Positions 62,734 to 64,000 of a stretch of 64,000 nucleotides of DNA are shown one piece after another. The notes under the pieces were generated by a model, which saw only the letters and a list, made by a program, of their open reading frames with translations, was not told the DNA's origin and did no database searches. The stretch comes from Raillietiella orientalis (Eukaryota), in contig JAYWIR010000011.1 of assembly GCA_036172245.1 (NCBI GenBank), positions 2,108,001 through 2,172,000 of the forward strand, given 5' to 3'. A program made the position numbers and the translations under genes. Position 1 is the stretch's first letter; each line of letters starts with the position of its first letter.

Positions 62734-64000
62734 GCGCGCACGCATGCGCGCTTGTCCAACAGGATGGTCAATGTCGATGGGGGTTCACTTTAGAAAACAA
62801 AAAAAAAAAAAAAACGAAATTTCATTTGACGAAACATTTGCAACTCTTTCTTTCATAATATCAGATGAGAAATCAAGCATTTTGAAATTCAGTGTTGCTT
62901 TCAAAACGAAAGTGCAATAGATTTGCTCATCGGAAAACCGCCTGCCATGCGGTGGTGCCTCTACTGTAAACAAAAGTGGTATGCAAGAACATTTGCTCCC
63001 TCCGACGAAAGTATTTTAACACGAAAGTACGCATGCATGTGCCGAAGGCAGGGGGGGAGTCGCTGAACTTGCCAGGGCAAATAAATATGATATGATATAT
63101 ATAATATGCATCCAAACGCGGATCCTACCTTACACAATCTGTGGGCAAAAGATCTTCCTACCTGGATGTGTGAGCAGGCAATCGCGTGGAGGACGGAAAA
63201 AGAGGATCGACGAAAGGACCCCCGCGATTGCTTTCTCGGGAAACACCAAAAGAACGAAGAGTAGCAACTGAAATCTGAGATTAGCTCCTTTACGAACATT
63301 TTCCTATCAACTCAAATTAACTAAAAATGCTGCGTGAGACGTGAAATTATTTTTATTTTTACTTTTTTGAAAAAAAAAAAAATACCCTCCAAAATAAGAG
63401 CAAAGACCTTACTCCTTGACTTGAAAACTTCAGGACGTTTTCCCAGCCGAGAGCAATTATCACTGCGGAAAATCAATCACAAAGACTTAGCGACATAAAT
63501 GAAAAATAACACAGCAATCACTTTTCATCACAAAAACGTAATTTTTATATAGCAGAATATGGAAAAGATTTTACAAACAATGATGAGAAAAATGAGGGTT
63601 TTTTGCTCGGAATTTCTCGGGGAAACTAAACCTCCACGAGCTCTGCACACATATGATGGCCACAAATAAACTGACATTGGCAACATGCAGAAAACCCAGC
63701 AGCCAATTTGCTTAACCGAACGTCGGGATTCACCACATGGCTCTTTCATCTTCAATAAACATGGGTGAATACGTCTCAATAACCACTCACTGTAACAATG
63801 ACCGCTATGGTCAGAGGGGCATCTCCAGCATCTCCACAGATAGCATGCCATGCCACCCATTAGTATGCATGAAGCGCTTTGATGCCGATCTTTGCGAGAG
63901 CATGTCGGTATCGATCATTACAGGAAAAAAAAAAACGAACGGATGCCTTCATTTTGTCCAAAGTGAGAAGCAACCAACAACTTAACTAGCAACCTTCACT

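Overview
Eukaryotic (arthropod-like) nuclear DNA; most long six-frame ORFs are GC-rich artefacts. The window holds: (1) a spliced Sidestep-family multi-Ig gene on + with 8 phase-consistent GT-AG exons (2980-22245) and a decayed duplicate of one exon; (2) a ~5.3 kb mosaic of pseudogenised Wolbachia-like DNA (~41080-46400: cdsA-uppS-frr-pyrH-tsf on -, a MidA/NDUFAF7-type methyltransferase carrying a Wolbachia palindromic repeat, and a trkH fragment), i.e. a nuclear Wolbachia transfer; (3) a ~1.1 kb non-coding element with a tRNA-like head, many cUUCGg hairpins and an A-rich tail, which splits the Wolbachia frr gene and has further copies in host introns, the best internal evidence that the transfer is really integrated; (4) a 258-aa orphan ORF beside the insert; (5) a multi-exon coiled-coil gene from 49598 that appears to cross an AT-rich/GC-rich boundary; (6) relics of L1/Tx1-like and Utopia/NeSL-like retrotransposons, a Tigger/pogo-like MITE and a hAT end. 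All homology calls come from manual translation and recalled motifs; no searches were run. I found no evidence of a novel multi-gene prokaryotic-type system.
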